Below, one piece after another: positions 1 to 8,387 of a DNA stretch of 34,785 nucleotides. The position numbers were made by a program, and so were the translations under genes. Below the pieces are notes generated by a model that searched no databases, was not told the DNA's origin, and worked only from the letters and a program-made list of their open reading frames with translations. This DNA comes from Gammaproteobacteria bacterium (GTDB lineage Bacteria > Pseudomonadota > Gammaproteobacteria > Pseudomonadales > Azotimanducaceae): assembly GCA_009839405.1 (NCBI GenBank), contig VXPR01000550.1:1-34785 (forward strand), read 5' to 3'. The number at the start of each line of letters is the position of its first letter. The stretch's first letter is position 1.

Positions 1-59
1 CGCAGGGGTAGCCCGCGTCGTTGACTCACAGGGTGGGCCCGGGTCAGGGGACGACGGGC

Positions 60-341
60 CTAGGGCAACACCTCCACGCCATGCCAAAACGCGACCCGGT
101 CTAGAATCTCGGCGGCGGCGTCCTTCGGCGCGGGGTAGTACCAGGCCGCATCGGCGTTGGTCTCGCCGTCCACGACCACGTTGTAGTAGCTCGCGGTGCC
201 CTTCCACGGGCAGAACGTCTCGGTGTCGCTCGTCGTCAGGAACTCGTCGGCCACCGATGAACGCGGGAAGTAGTGATTGCCCTCCACCACCACCGTGTCG
301 TCGCTCTCGGCGATGGTCGTGCCGTTCCAAGTTGCCTTCAT
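60..341 (-). CDS. DUF427 domain-containing protein
   Basis: 93-aa ORF. The pattern WNG..IAESDD..VVEGNHYFP ... CPWKGTASYY ... AAWYYP ... VAFW matches my memory of the DUF427 family. It is the last gene of a minus-strand gene string. Confidence 0.8.
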   Translation of the reverse strand: MKATWNGTTIAESDDTVVVEGNHYFPRSSVADEFLTTSDTETFCPWKGTASYYNVVVDGETNADAAWYYPAPKDAAAEILDRVAFWHGVEVLP

Positions 342-372
342 GCTCTCGCTCCTTGCCTGGGGACTCGTGTGT

Positions 373-1011
373 TCAAAGATGCGCGGTCAAACCGCCATCG
401 GCCGTGAATATCTGCCCGGTCACGAAGCCGGCGCCGCTGCCGGACAGCCAGACGGCCAGCGGGCCGATCTCGGCGGCAGCCCCGGCGCGCTTGAGGATGG
501 TGAAGCGCACTGCGCGAGCGGCTTCCGGATCGGTCGGATCGATGCGGTCGTCCATCCAGTCCATCCAGCCAAGGGCGATGCCGTTGACCGAGATGCCCGC
601 CGGTGCGAACTCCTGCGCAGCGGCACGGATGAAGTTATGCACCGCGCCTTGTGCTGCGGCATAGGCGGTGCAGTTGGCGAGACCCCGTTCGCCAAGGACG
701 CTGGTGACGATGACGATGCGCCCCGGATTGCGGATGACGCCCCGGGCCGCGCGAACAGCGGCAAACACCTCGCCGAAGTTGGTCGCCATCACCTTGCCGA
801 GTGCCTGATCGTCCACATCCGCAATGGGCTGCGCCTCGAACGCATCCCGAGCGATGGCGAGCACGTCGAAGGGCTCAGCCGCCGGATCGATGCGATCGAC
901 CTCGACCACCTCTGCACCCGCTTCCCGATAGGCATCGGCAATGGCACCGCCGGCGGGCGACCCGGCACCGAGCAACAGTGCCCGGCAACCATCGAGCTCG
1001 AAGTGGTCCAT
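373..1011 (-). CDS. Atypical short-chain dehydrogenase/reductase-like protein (degenerate cofactor and catalytic motifs)
   Basis: I chose the start at MDHFELDG (ATG at 1011-1009), which forms an ATGA overlap with the stop of the upstream SDR. The fold is SDR-like (TSVLGERG...YAAAQGAV...NGIALGWMD). The glycine motif is LLGAGSPAGGA rather than TGxxxGIG, and the usual YxxxK is YAAAQ (Lys replaced by Gln). Confidence 0.7.
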   Translation of the reverse strand: MDHFELDGCRALLLGAGSPAGGAIADAYREAGAEVVEVDRIDPAAEPFDVLAIARDAFEAQPIADVDDQALGKVMATNFGEVFAAVRAARGVIRNPGRIVIVTSVLGERGLANCTAYAAAQGAVHNFIRAAAQEFAPAGISVNGIALGWMDWMDDRIDPTDPEAARAVRFTILKRAGAAAEIGPLAVWLSGSGAGFVTGQIFTADGGLTAHL

Positions 1012-1835
1012 CAGCCCGCCCCCTCCGCCTCGCCAGCGTGCTCCGGCACAAACCCGGTGGGGCCGATGCCGCCGGCAAGGCCGCCACCGTCGATGATGAA
1101 CATCTGCCCAGTGACGTAGCGCGATGCATCGGAGGCGAGATACACGGCCAGCGGGCCCAGTTCCCACCACTCGCCGATGCGCCGCACCGGAATCCGCGCC
1201 CCACGCTGCTTTCGCGTCGCGGCTTCGCGCTCATCTCTGGCCGGCTGCTGGGCGACGAAGCCCGGCACGATGACGTTCACGCGGATGCCTTCGGGACCGA
1301 GCATCGTCGCCATGCTCTTGGTGAGGCTGATCTGGCCGCCCTTGGCGGTGGGGTAGGCAAACGAGCGATTGCCCCGGAGAGCCGTGCCGGAGGACGTGTT
1401 GATGATGACCCCGCCCTCGCCCCGCTCCACCATGTAGCGTGCCGCCGCGCGACCGCAGTAGAAGTTGCTCTTGAGATTGGTTGCGAGCACCGTCTCGAAG
1501 GCGTCGTCCGGATACTCCCAGAACGGCCAGTCGCCCTGTACGCCGCCACCGCCGGCGTTGGCAACCATGATGTCGATGGCACCGAACTCGCGCACGCAGG
1601 CCGCGACCATGGCGTCCACTTGGGCAGAACTCGTCACATCCGCTGTATGCGCCAGCGCATTGCCGCCTTCGCGGCGGATCTCGGCAACCGCTTCGTCCAC
1701 CTGTGCCTGCGTCCGTGCTGCGACAAGGACGTTGGCGCCGGCCTTGGCGAGCGCCTTCGCCATCGCCCGGCCGAGCCCGCGCCCGCCGCCGGTGACGACG
1801 GCAGAACGGCCATCGAGCCTTAGGTCTTCAAGCAT
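1011..1835 (-). CDS. SDR family oxidoreductase
   Basis: Start at MLEDLRLDGRSAVVTGGGRGLG (ATG 1835-1833). Classical TGGGRGLG Rossmann motif, NAGG, and catalytic S...YPTAK. The longer ORF start at 1874 only adds an Arg-rich leader. Confidence 0.85.
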   Translation of the reverse strand: MLEDLRLDGRSAVVTGGGRGLGRAMAKALAKAGANVLVAARTQAQVDEAVAEIRREGGNALAHTADVTSSAQVDAMVAACVREFGAIDIMVANAGGGGVQGDWPFWEYPDDAFETVLATNLKSNFYCGRAAARYMVERGEGGVIINTSSGTALRGNRSFAYPTAKGGQISLTKSMATMLGPEGIRVNVIVPGFVAQQPARDEREAATRKQRGARIPVRRIGEWWELGPLAVYLASDASRYVTGQMFIIDGGGLAGGIGPTGFVPEHAGEAEGAG

Positions 1836-1907
1836 GCACTTTCCCCTCGCCCCGGTCCGTACTCGCGCCCGCAAGCCTACCCCAAGGCTCTTTCGAGCAG
1901 CCGCCCG

Positions 1908-2678
1908 TCAGTCCGTCAGGTCCGCGAACACCGGCGCGTGGTCCGAGGCGATGTGGCCGTCTTTCTTCTTGCGATACTCGCGGTCGATCTCGACGTGGGT
2001 TACGCGGCCGGCGACGTTCGCACCGCCGAGAAGCATGTCGATGCGCAGCCCCATGCCGCGATGGAATGCACCACCGCGGTAGTCCCACCACGAGAATGCC
2101 TGGGTGTCCGGGTGAAGCTGGCGATAGAGGTCGGTGAAGCCAAGCTCCAGAAGCGCCCCATAGCGCGACCGTTCTTCCTCCGTGCAGAAGATGGTGCCGT
2201 CGGCGGCCTCGCCGCGCCAGCAGTCGGCGGGTTCGGGCACGATGTTGAAATCGCCACAGAGCACGGAATCCGCACCTACACCGCCGTCCAGGAACTCGCC
2301 GAGGCTGCCGAACCAATCGAGCTTCATGGGGAAGTCGGCGTGCTCCAGAGTCTTGCCGTTGGGACAATAGACTGTAGTGAAGTCGATGCCGCCCACCCGC
2401 GCCCGCAGCAAACGGGCGCCATCGTCGTCGCGCCCCGGCAAGCCGGCGGTCGTCAAGTCGGCGTCCTCGCGACTGACGATGGCGACGCCGTTCCAGCCTT
2501 TCTGGCCGTGGTTCAGCACCTTGTAGCCGAGTTCTGCCAGCTCTTCGTGGGGAAAGTCGTCGTCGGACGCCTTGGTCTCCTGCATTCCTACGACATCCGG
2601 CTGGCGAGCCCTCAGCCAGTGCAGCACGAACTCGAGCCGTGCGCGCAAACCGTTCACGTTCCAGGTGGCGATGCGCAT
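1908..2678 (-). CDS. xthA: Exodeoxyribonuclease III
   Basis: 256 aa. MRIATWNVNGLRARL...QETK...WDYR...GLRID...SDHAPV are the hallmark Exo III / AP endonuclease (EEP fold) motifs. Confidence 0.9.
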   Translation of the reverse strand: MRIATWNVNGLRARLEFVLHWLRARQPDVVGMQETKASDDDFPHEELAELGYKVLNHGQKGWNGVAIVSREDADLTTAGLPGRDDDGARLLRARVGGIDFTTVYCPNGKTLEHADFPMKLDWFGSLGEFLDGGVGADSVLCGDFNIVPEPADCWRGEAADGTIFCTEEERSRYGALLELGFTDLYRQLHPDTQAFSWWDYRGGAFHRGMGLRIDMLLGGANVAGRVTHVEIDREYRKKKDGHIASDHAPVFADLTD

Positions 2679-2682
2679 GGCG

Positions 2683-3780
2683 TCAGTCCGACTCCGGCGT
2701 GAGGTCGGGATTCAGTTCCAGACCAAGTCCGGGACGATCGGGCAGGCGGATGATGCCGCCGTCCGGAATGATGGGCTCGGCGAAGAGATCAGCCACGGCC
2801 TCCGCTGGCCCCGTGAATTCCTCGGAAAACTCGTGCGGCCGCACGGCGTTGCGAACGGTCGCATAGGCATGAAGGCTCGCCACCAGATTCGCCCCCACGT
2901 TTGGGCTGTGCGGCATCACCACCTTGTTCGCGGCCACGCACATCTCATAGGTGCGCAGCATTTCCGAGATGCCGCCGACGTTGAGCACATCCGGCTGCAC
3001 GATGTCTGGATTGCCGAGCAGGATCATGTCGCGGATGCGCCAAGCGGAGGTCTCCTGTTCACCGGAAGAGACCGCGCAGTCGAGCGCATCCACCACTTGC
3101 TTCAGCCCCGCAAGGTCGTATTGCGGCAGCGGCTCCTCGAAGTGGGCAATGCCAATTTGCTCGAAGCGCCGCCCCTGCTCGATGGCGGTGGGAACGGAAT
3201 AGCCGTTGTTGGCGTCGAAGGAGAGCGGCACCTCGTCAGGCAGCCACTCCCGGCACGCCTCGAAGAGGGCAAAGTCCTTGCGCGGGTCGGAGTCCTGCCG
3301 GTAGTCGCGCCAGTCCATGCGAATCTTGAACGCCCGGAAGCCGCGCTCGTAGCCCTCCTGCACTTCCGCGAGCATTTCCTGCGGCGACTTGTGCCAGCCG
3401 TTGCCGCGACTCCAGTAAAGCGGAATCTCGGTGCGGAACGCGCCGCCGAGCACCGCATACAGCGGCAGCCCCGCGGCCTTGCCGGTGATGTCCCACAGCG
3501 CCACGTCCACGGCCCCCACCACTTGCGACGGCAACCGCGTCGCCCGCTGACCATCGCCGAGCGCGAGGATTTCGCGGATCACCCGAGGCTGGCACGGATC
3601 CATCCCGACGATGAGCGGCTTCACCACCTCGTCGAGGAACACCTGCATGAGCCGCTGGCTCCGGCCTGCCTCAGAGATGCCGGAAACCCCTTCATCGGTA
3701 TCCACGCGCAGAAACAGCCGGCTCCGGCCCGGATCCTTCGGCAGCCTGAGCCGCACCAGCACCACATCCGTGATCTTCAT
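2683..3780 (-). CDS. Mandelate racemase/muconate lactonizing enzyme family protein (enolase superfamily)
   Basis: Start at MKITDV (ATG 3780-3778). It has an N-terminal capping domain, then barrel motifs FKIRMDW, FDANNGY, FEEP, SGEQE and MPHS. The substrate cannot be assigned from sequence. Confidence 0.85.
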   Translation of the reverse strand: MKITDVVLVRLRLPKDPGRSRLFLRVDTDEGVSGISEAGRSQRLMQVFLDEVVKPLIVGMDPCQPRVIREILALGDGQRATRLPSQVVGAVDVALWDITGKAAGLPLYAVLGGAFRTEIPLYWSRGNGWHKSPQEMLAEVQEGYERGFRAFKIRMDWRDYRQDSDPRKDFALFEACREWLPDEVPLSFDANNGYSVPTAIEQGRRFEQIGIAHFEEPLPQYDLAGLKQVVDALDCAVSSGEQETSAWRIRDMILLGNPDIVQPDVLNVGGISEMLRTYEMCVAANKVVMPHSPNVGANLVASLHAYATVRNAVRPHEFSEEFTGPAEAVADLFAEPIIPDGGIIRLPDRPGLGLELNPDLTPESD

Positions 3781-3870
3781 CGAACCCCTCACTCTCGGAT
3801 CGCATCAGCGTAGCACCGACGGCCCCAAAGCGGGGATCGAACAAGCCAAGCCGGATGGCTCTTTGTGAAG

Positions 3871-4036
3871 TACGAGCATCGCGATACCCAAAAGAGACGG
3901 CTGTGCCTATTTAAAGTCTATTCCACGACACGAAATCATGCTTTTAGGGTAAAAAGACGACTAAACGCCTATTGCATGAAATACATTGCGTCGTGACGAT
4001 GATCGACGTATCCAATCTCGCCGACAGGAGAAGCCA
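3871..4036 (+). promoter_or_regulatory. AT-rich intergenic leader / probable promoter region of the XRE cassette
   Basis: A hand count over 3871-3990 gives about 43% G+C, against about 63% in the neighbouring genic sequence. It contains two GCCTATT direct repeats about 62 nt apart and an AGGAG RBS at 4026-4030, 6 nt before the ATG at 4037. No promoter hexamers could be assigned with confidence. Confidence 0.4.
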
Positions 4037-4990
4037 ATGACCGACCAGAGCACGGATTTGGATCCCCAAGCCCTCAAAGCGGCACGACAACGTCGAGGAA
4101 TGACTCAGGAGCAGCTAGCCCAAAGGATCGAATGCACCAAGGACACGGTCAGCCGGTGGGAGCGCGGGGTCGCAAAGGTACGTCCGCGGTTCCGTAACCG
4201 CCTGTGCGATGCCCTTTCCGTTGCGTGGAGCAAGCTCTCGAAGGCACCAGCAGAGAGCGATGAAGCCAGGGACAGGCTGTTCGGGCGGGTCCCGATCCGC
4301 GCGAGTATCCGGACACACGGGCGCACTGCGCTCAAGCTCGTGGCTCTCCGCTACGGAATCCCGGAACACCAGGTCCTTGAACTCGCGCCGCTGCTCTTTT
4401 TCGTGCTAGCCGAGCGCAGCCTGATGGCGCGGTCGCAGCGACTGAGCGAAATCGAATCTGCCTTCGAAGAGCTCGACGCCAACGTGTCGAAGAGTCTCGC
4501 CCACCTTGGACCCGTGGTTATGGCTCGAAGCATCTCGGCAGACGACGCCCTCACGAACGAGGAAAAGTCTGTCAGCCAACGGGACGTCTTCGGCCACTTG
4601 ATCGATTGGACCGCCCAAGATGAAGGGCCCTTCGTCTATTTCATCCGAGAGCTGACGGAAGACCTGCCCGACGGCTTGGAAAAGCTGGAATCGTACGACG
4701 GCACGACCGTCGACGATTACCGGTTTGCTGGCGAAAACCTCCGGCAACTCGTTGGAGAAGGCACAAATGCAACTCCAGATGAGTTGGTCGAGCAAATCTG
4801 GCGCGGTGACCTCGACCTTGGGGAGTGCATCGGCAAGAAGGCCCGCCTAAGCGAAGAGGACTACCACCACTGGCTGGATGGTGCCAGCAACGAAGCCGCC
4901 GCCGAGAGTCGGCGTCGGTGGCAAGAGCACCTCGACCTGTTTATCGATTCAGCCTCTAGCGGCGAGGACCAAAACGAGGGGCAGTCGTGA
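4037..4990 (+). CDS. XRE-family helix-turn-helix protein with a ~250-aa uncharacterised acidic C-terminal region
   Basis: The start at MTDQSTD is preceded by AGGAG. The N-terminal LKAARQRRGMTQEQLAQRIECTKDTVSRWERG is a typical HTH_3/XRE motif. I do not recognise the rest (317 aa total). No HExxH peptidase motif was seen. Confidence 0.75.
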   Translation: MTDQSTDLDPQALKAARQRRGMTQEQLAQRIECTKDTVSRWERGVAKVRPRFRNRLCDALSVAWSKLSKAPAESDEARDRLFGRVPIRASIRTHGRTALKLVALRYGIPEHQVLELAPLLFFVLAERSLMARSQRLSEIESAFEELDANVSKSLAHLGPVVMARSISADDALTNEEKSVSQRDVFGHLIDWTAQDEGPFVYFIRELTEDLPDGLEKLESYDGTTVDDYRFAGENLRQLVGEGTNATPDELVEQIWRGDLDLGECIGKKARLSEEDYHHWLDGASNEAAAESRRRWQEHLDLFIDSASSGEDQNEGQS

Positions 4991-5361
4991 GTGGCTTGGC
5001 GATCACGCGGCACGGCGCGGCTCGCATGGCACAGCGCGGAGTTCGAAAGCGCGACTTGGACTTGCTCTTGGCCTATGGCACGGACATCGGTTCTGACCGG
5101 ATCATGCTCAGGCGTCGGGAGGCGGCAAGGGCCATACGGGAACTAAAGGGCAGAGGTAGCAACGGCCATACAGAACCAGCGGTGTGGAAGTTGGTCGCTG
5201 CGGTCGAGCGGCTGGTTGGTAAGGTGATCGTCGTCGCGGACGGAGCTCTCATCACGACCTACCACCAGACGGTTCGATTCCACTCACGCCGGAGGCGGAC
5301 GAGCCAACCTATCAGTCGAAAGTTGGGCGATGCCCCAAAAGGACCTCCATTCTCCAAATGA
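4987..5361 (+). CDS. DUF4258-like protein (putative RelE/colicin-fold toxin)
   Basis: GTG start in a GTGA overlap with the upstream stop. A GAGGGG RBS lies 5 nt upstream. ITRHGAARMAQRGV near the N-terminus and ...VIVVADGALITTYH resemble the DUF4258 signature as I remember it (H..RM..RgI ... viTvy). Confidence 0.6.
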   Translation: MSGLAITRHGAARMAQRGVRKRDLDLLLAYGTDIGSDRIMLRRREAARAIRELKGRGSNGHTEPAVWKLVAAVERLVGKVIVVADGALITTYHQTVRFHSRRRRTSQPISRKLGDAPKGPPFSK

Positions 5362-5912
5362 ACGACGACAAAATCAGACCATCACAGTCCGAAAGGGACA
5401 TGGCGAGGGGCGCGCAACTGGTGGCCACTGGAATTGCAAGAGCCATGCGTGGGACACGTCCCGTAGCGAAGTCGAAAATGCGGAAAACCGGTGAGCCGCC
5501 ACCGAAATCAAGGCTCGACAGGTTCATCGGTCGGTGGCTTTGTCGGGTGTCCCTTGGTGCCCTAGCTTGGGCCGTATGGGATGTCTATGGCGGTGGAGCG
5601 TTCACCCTCTGCGTCGCCGTTTACTCAGCCTTCGAGTTCTTGCTCTGGAGGGGCCGTCGCGTGAGAGTGAAAGTGCAACGCGCCGGCGCGGCGCATATTC
5701 TCTCGCAGGGCAAATGCCCGTCCTGCGGAGTTGCACGCTCAGGACTGCCGAAAGGCCAGTTCGACGCGTGCGGCAACTGCGGAACATTCCTCGAAGGTAC
5801 CGGGTTGGGCTTGCGCCTTATGTCGGTTGAAACATGGCGGGACCTGCCGTTCGGACGGCAAGCGAAGCTATTGAAGAGGGCCGACGCTGCTACAAATGCC
5901 GTGCGACGTTAA
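5358..5912 (+). CDS. Membrane protein with two predicted TM helices and a C-terminal Cys4 zinc-ribbon
   Basis: ATGA overlap with the upstream stop. It has a basic N-terminus, then a hydrophobic stretch (LGALAWAVWDVYGGGAFTLCVAVYSAFEFLLW), then CPSCG-x13-CGNCG. Codon usage is atypical for the window (AGA, AGG, AAA, GAA and other A/T-ending codons). Confidence 0.55.
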   Translation: MNDDKIRPSQSERDMARGAQLVATGIARAMRGTRPVAKSKMRKTGEPPPKSRLDRFIGRWLCRVSLGALAWAVWDVYGGGAFTLCVAVYSAFEFLLWRGRRVRVKVQRAGAAHILSQGKCPSCGVARSGLPKGQFDACGNCGTFLEGTGLGLRLMSVETWRDLPFGRQAKLLKRADAATNAVRR

Positions 5913-6128
5913 CGCGCGCCGCGCAAATCCAAGGGTGAAACCATCTCGTTCCCTTATCGTCCACAGGTCGGGGCAGCGTCCGATCCGCTTTCGTTCTGGG
6001 CGGTCGCCTGCCGGCAGGCCACGCCCCGACTAACCATTTGGAGAATGCCGTGGTCGTTGCTGGGCGAAATGAACTTTGGAATGCTGCTTCGTCCAAGGTG
6101 CGTCCTTGCACCACGGTCGCCCGTCCGC

Positions 6129-7364
6129 CTAACGGGGAACCGCTTGCGGATCGTCCCGAAGCCGCACCGTAAGGCGATGTTCCTCCGCCATAAACTCAGG
6201 CTCCGTGCCGTTATGGGCAAGCATGCCTGGGACCACTTTGTTGCGGATGCCCATGCCTCGTGCATCCACGTAGCCGTAGTCGCGCATCACGTTCATGAGG
6301 GTTTGGTTGCGGGCATAGCGGACTCCTGCTCGCATTCGTTCGACCGTGATCGTGTTGGGTAGGCTGCCAGGACTTTCGATTTCCAGGCGGTCGGGGAACG
6401 CGTTCAGGGTGATATCGGTGCCGCGGATGCTGTAGTCCCGATGCGCAAGTGCATTGGCGATGCACTCGCGCACCACCGCCTCCGGGAACGGCCAGCGATC
6501 GACGCGGCGCATGCCGTCAAGGCGGGCCGTCGGCGTGGTGTTCAGGCGCACGAAATCCCAGGCCTTGTCCACCAGTGACGGATCGAGGAGGTAGCCGTCG
6601 ATGCCGACCAAGGGGACGATCGGGCCATGCAGGTCCTGGTCGGCGCGGGTGGCGTAGTCCGGCGCAAGCGATGGATAGCAGATCGCTCGAATCCCGGACT
6701 GCGGCAGAAACCGCCTTGGACGGGTGCCGAACAGCAACATCCCATCCACGGTGGCAACCAGTCCCTCTGGCGTTTGTGTAACGAACTCCAAATTGTGGAG
6801 CAAAGTTCCCCACTCGTTCGTATCGTCGTCATCCGGCGCACTGCCGCCAAGTACGCGGGTGAGATAGTCGCGTAGCCGGCGCAAGTCCAGTTCCTCGACG
6901 CCGGCACCGGGAACGGGCTTTACGCCGTAGTTCAGCCGACCCGCGCTTTGGTACATCCGTTCGAGCTCTTCGCTGCTCGCCTCCCGAGAGGTGCTGCCGA
7001 CGCGTACGTAGTACGTCCTGCGCTTGTTGTGAACGCGGGCATAGGGCTTGTCCGGCCCCACGCTGACCCGCACCGCCAGCACATCGCTCCCCGGCTCCGC
7101 ATTCCGCACCCAGTGCAGCGACGGGATCACCGGCGGGTCGATCTTGGCGCGGCAAAGCTCTACCACCCACTCTTCCAGGCGCGGCCGTTGTGCGCCGACG
7201 ATTCGGCCGCCGTCGTCCACGCCCAGCAACACCGTGCCGCCCATGTGGTTCAGAAACGCCGTGACTTCCCGCGCGAGATCAAAGTTCGTCACCTCATCGC
7301 GCTTGAATTCGAGACCGGAGTCCTCCCCGTCTCGGATCAGTTGCTGGAGCTCGTATGGCGTCAT
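6129..7364 (-). CDS. AlbA_2 (Schlafen-like divergent AAA) + HATPase_c_4 (RecG-C-terminal-like) domain protein
   Basis: Start at MTPYELQQL (ATG 7364-7362), with an AAGAGGA RBS 5 nt upstream. EDSGLEFKRD...AFLNHMGGTVLLGVDDGGRIVG is the AlbA_2 signature. ALAHRDYS...IESPGSLPN...RNQTLMNVMRDYGYVDARGMGI is the HATPase_c_4 region. Confidence 0.8.
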   Translation of the reverse strand: MTPYELQQLIRDGEDSGLEFKRDEVTNFDLAREVTAFLNHMGGTVLLGVDDGGRIVGAQRPRLEEWVVELCRAKIDPPVIPSLHWVRNAEPGSDVLAVRVSVGPDKPYARVHNKRRTYYVRVGSTSREASSEELERMYQSAGRLNYGVKPVPGAGVEELDLRRLRDYLTRVLGGSAPDDDDTNEWGTLLHNLEFVTQTPEGLVATVDGMLLFGTRPRRFLPQSGIRAICYPSLAPDYATRADQDLHGPIVPLVGIDGYLLDPSLVDKAWDFVRLNTTPTARLDGMRRVDRWPFPEAVVRECIANALAHRDYSIRGTDITLNAFPDRLEIESPGSLPNTITVERMRAGVRYARNQTLMNVMRDYGYVDARGMGIRNKVVPGMLAHNGTEPEFMAEEHRLTVRLRDDPQAVPR

Positions 7365-7471
7365 CTGCGTCCTCTTACGTCGCCGCGAATTATGCGACAG
7401 GCCACCCATCCAGTGGACGGCACACCGTGTACGCTGCATGATCGGGCGTTCGCCAACACGGAACAGCACCC

Positions 7472-8356
7472 ATGGGTCTTGCCTCCTACAACGCCTATCC
7501 CGATGTCGACAACCTCATGGCCGAGATCGACAAGTACGACCTCCACCAGCACATCGTGGAGCTTGAAGCCTATGGCATGACGGTGGTGCCGCCGGAGACG
7601 ATGCGGATTGCCGACGACTTCGTGGAGCGGCTCAGAGACGCCATCATCCGCACTTGCGAGAAGCGCAACGGGATAGAGATCGGCGACTACCGCACAGCGA
7701 ACGTGAAGCGGGAGCAGACGAGCAAGGGCTGGCACCTGTTGGAGGAGGACGAGGTGTTCGTCGAGGCGGCCATCAACCCGGTTAACCTCGCGCTGGTTCG
7801 GTGGCTGCTCGGGCAAAGCGCGGTCTTCTCCGGGCAGACCTGGATCATCAAGGGCCAGGGCTCGCCGGGCTTGGGGCTCCACAGCGACTCCCACGGCATC
7901 CCGCCGGGGGCCGGGCAGGTCGCGCACATGTGTAACGCCTCCTGGGTCTGCACGGACTATGCGGGGCAGGAAGACGGCCCGACGCTGTTCGTGCCGGGCA
8001 GCCATCACTACGGCCGGGCGACGCTGCCCCACGAGTCGGACCTCACCGACACGCCCTACAAGTTCGTGCCGCTCATCGCCAAGGCCGGCTCCCTCGCCAT
8101 CTGGAACGGCGCAACGTGGCACGCTTCCGCCGGCCGGACGAATCCGGGCCTCAGGGTGACGCTGGTGCAGAACTACATGCGCAGCTACATGCGCGTGCAG
8201 CACAACTACGAAGACACCTCGCCCCAACTCCTTGCCAAGTACCCGGAACTCGAACGCGTCATCGGCAAGGCGCTCTACCCCTACGAAGACCCGCAGGCAC
8301 CGGATTACACCCGCGTTGCGGGAATGATGCGCACGGGGACGGATCCGTTCGCGTAA
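7472..8356 (+). CDS. Phytanoyl-CoA dioxygenase (PhyH) family Fe(II)/2-oxoglutarate oxygenase
   Basis: 294 aa. LHSDSH (HxD), then WNGATWHAS (distal His) and a downstream R, fit the PhyH-type facial triad. An alternative internal start (MAEIDKY at 7517) is possible. Confidence 0.75.
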   Translation: MGLASYNAYPDVDNLMAEIDKYDLHQHIVELEAYGMTVVPPETMRIADDFVERLRDAIIRTCEKRNGIEIGDYRTANVKREQTSKGWHLLEEDEVFVEAAINPVNLALVRWLLGQSAVFSGQTWIIKGQGSPGLGLHSDSHGIPPGAGQVAHMCNASWVCTDYAGQEDGPTLFVPGSHHYGRATLPHESDLTDTPYKFVPLIAKAGSLAIWNGATWHASAGRTNPGLRVTLVQNYMRSYMRVQHNYEDTSPQLLAKYPELERVIGKALYPYEDPQAPDYTRVAGMMRTGTDPFA

Positions 8357-8387
8357 CCCAACGAGAACGCGCCGAGGCCGACTTCGG

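Noticed and set aside
3811-3870. tRNA-like fragment. GGGGATCGAAC is the reverse complement of a T-loop-like GTTCGATCCCC. If real it could mark an island attachment site.
   Set aside because: The flanking bases do not pair into a T-stem or acceptor stem, and no cloverleaf can be drawn. A matching direct repeat at the other islet boundary was not found by eye. I treat it as a chance resemblance, but a tRNA-scan or att-repeat search would settle it.
6006-6019. 14-bp perfect palindrome GCCTGCCGGCAGGC between the convergent cassette and the AlbA_2 gene, considered as a bidirectional terminator.
   Set aside because: It has no loop to speak of and no flanking T or A tracts. It could equally be a protein-binding site. 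The evidence is too weak to annotate it as a feature.
7041-7056. An 11-nt match (GGCTTGTCCGG) to the REP core, inside the AlbA_2 coding sequence.
   Set aside because: It lies in frame within a CDS (encoding GPDKP on the gene strand), lacks the GTAG head, and lacks the complementary stem arm. It is probably coincidental.
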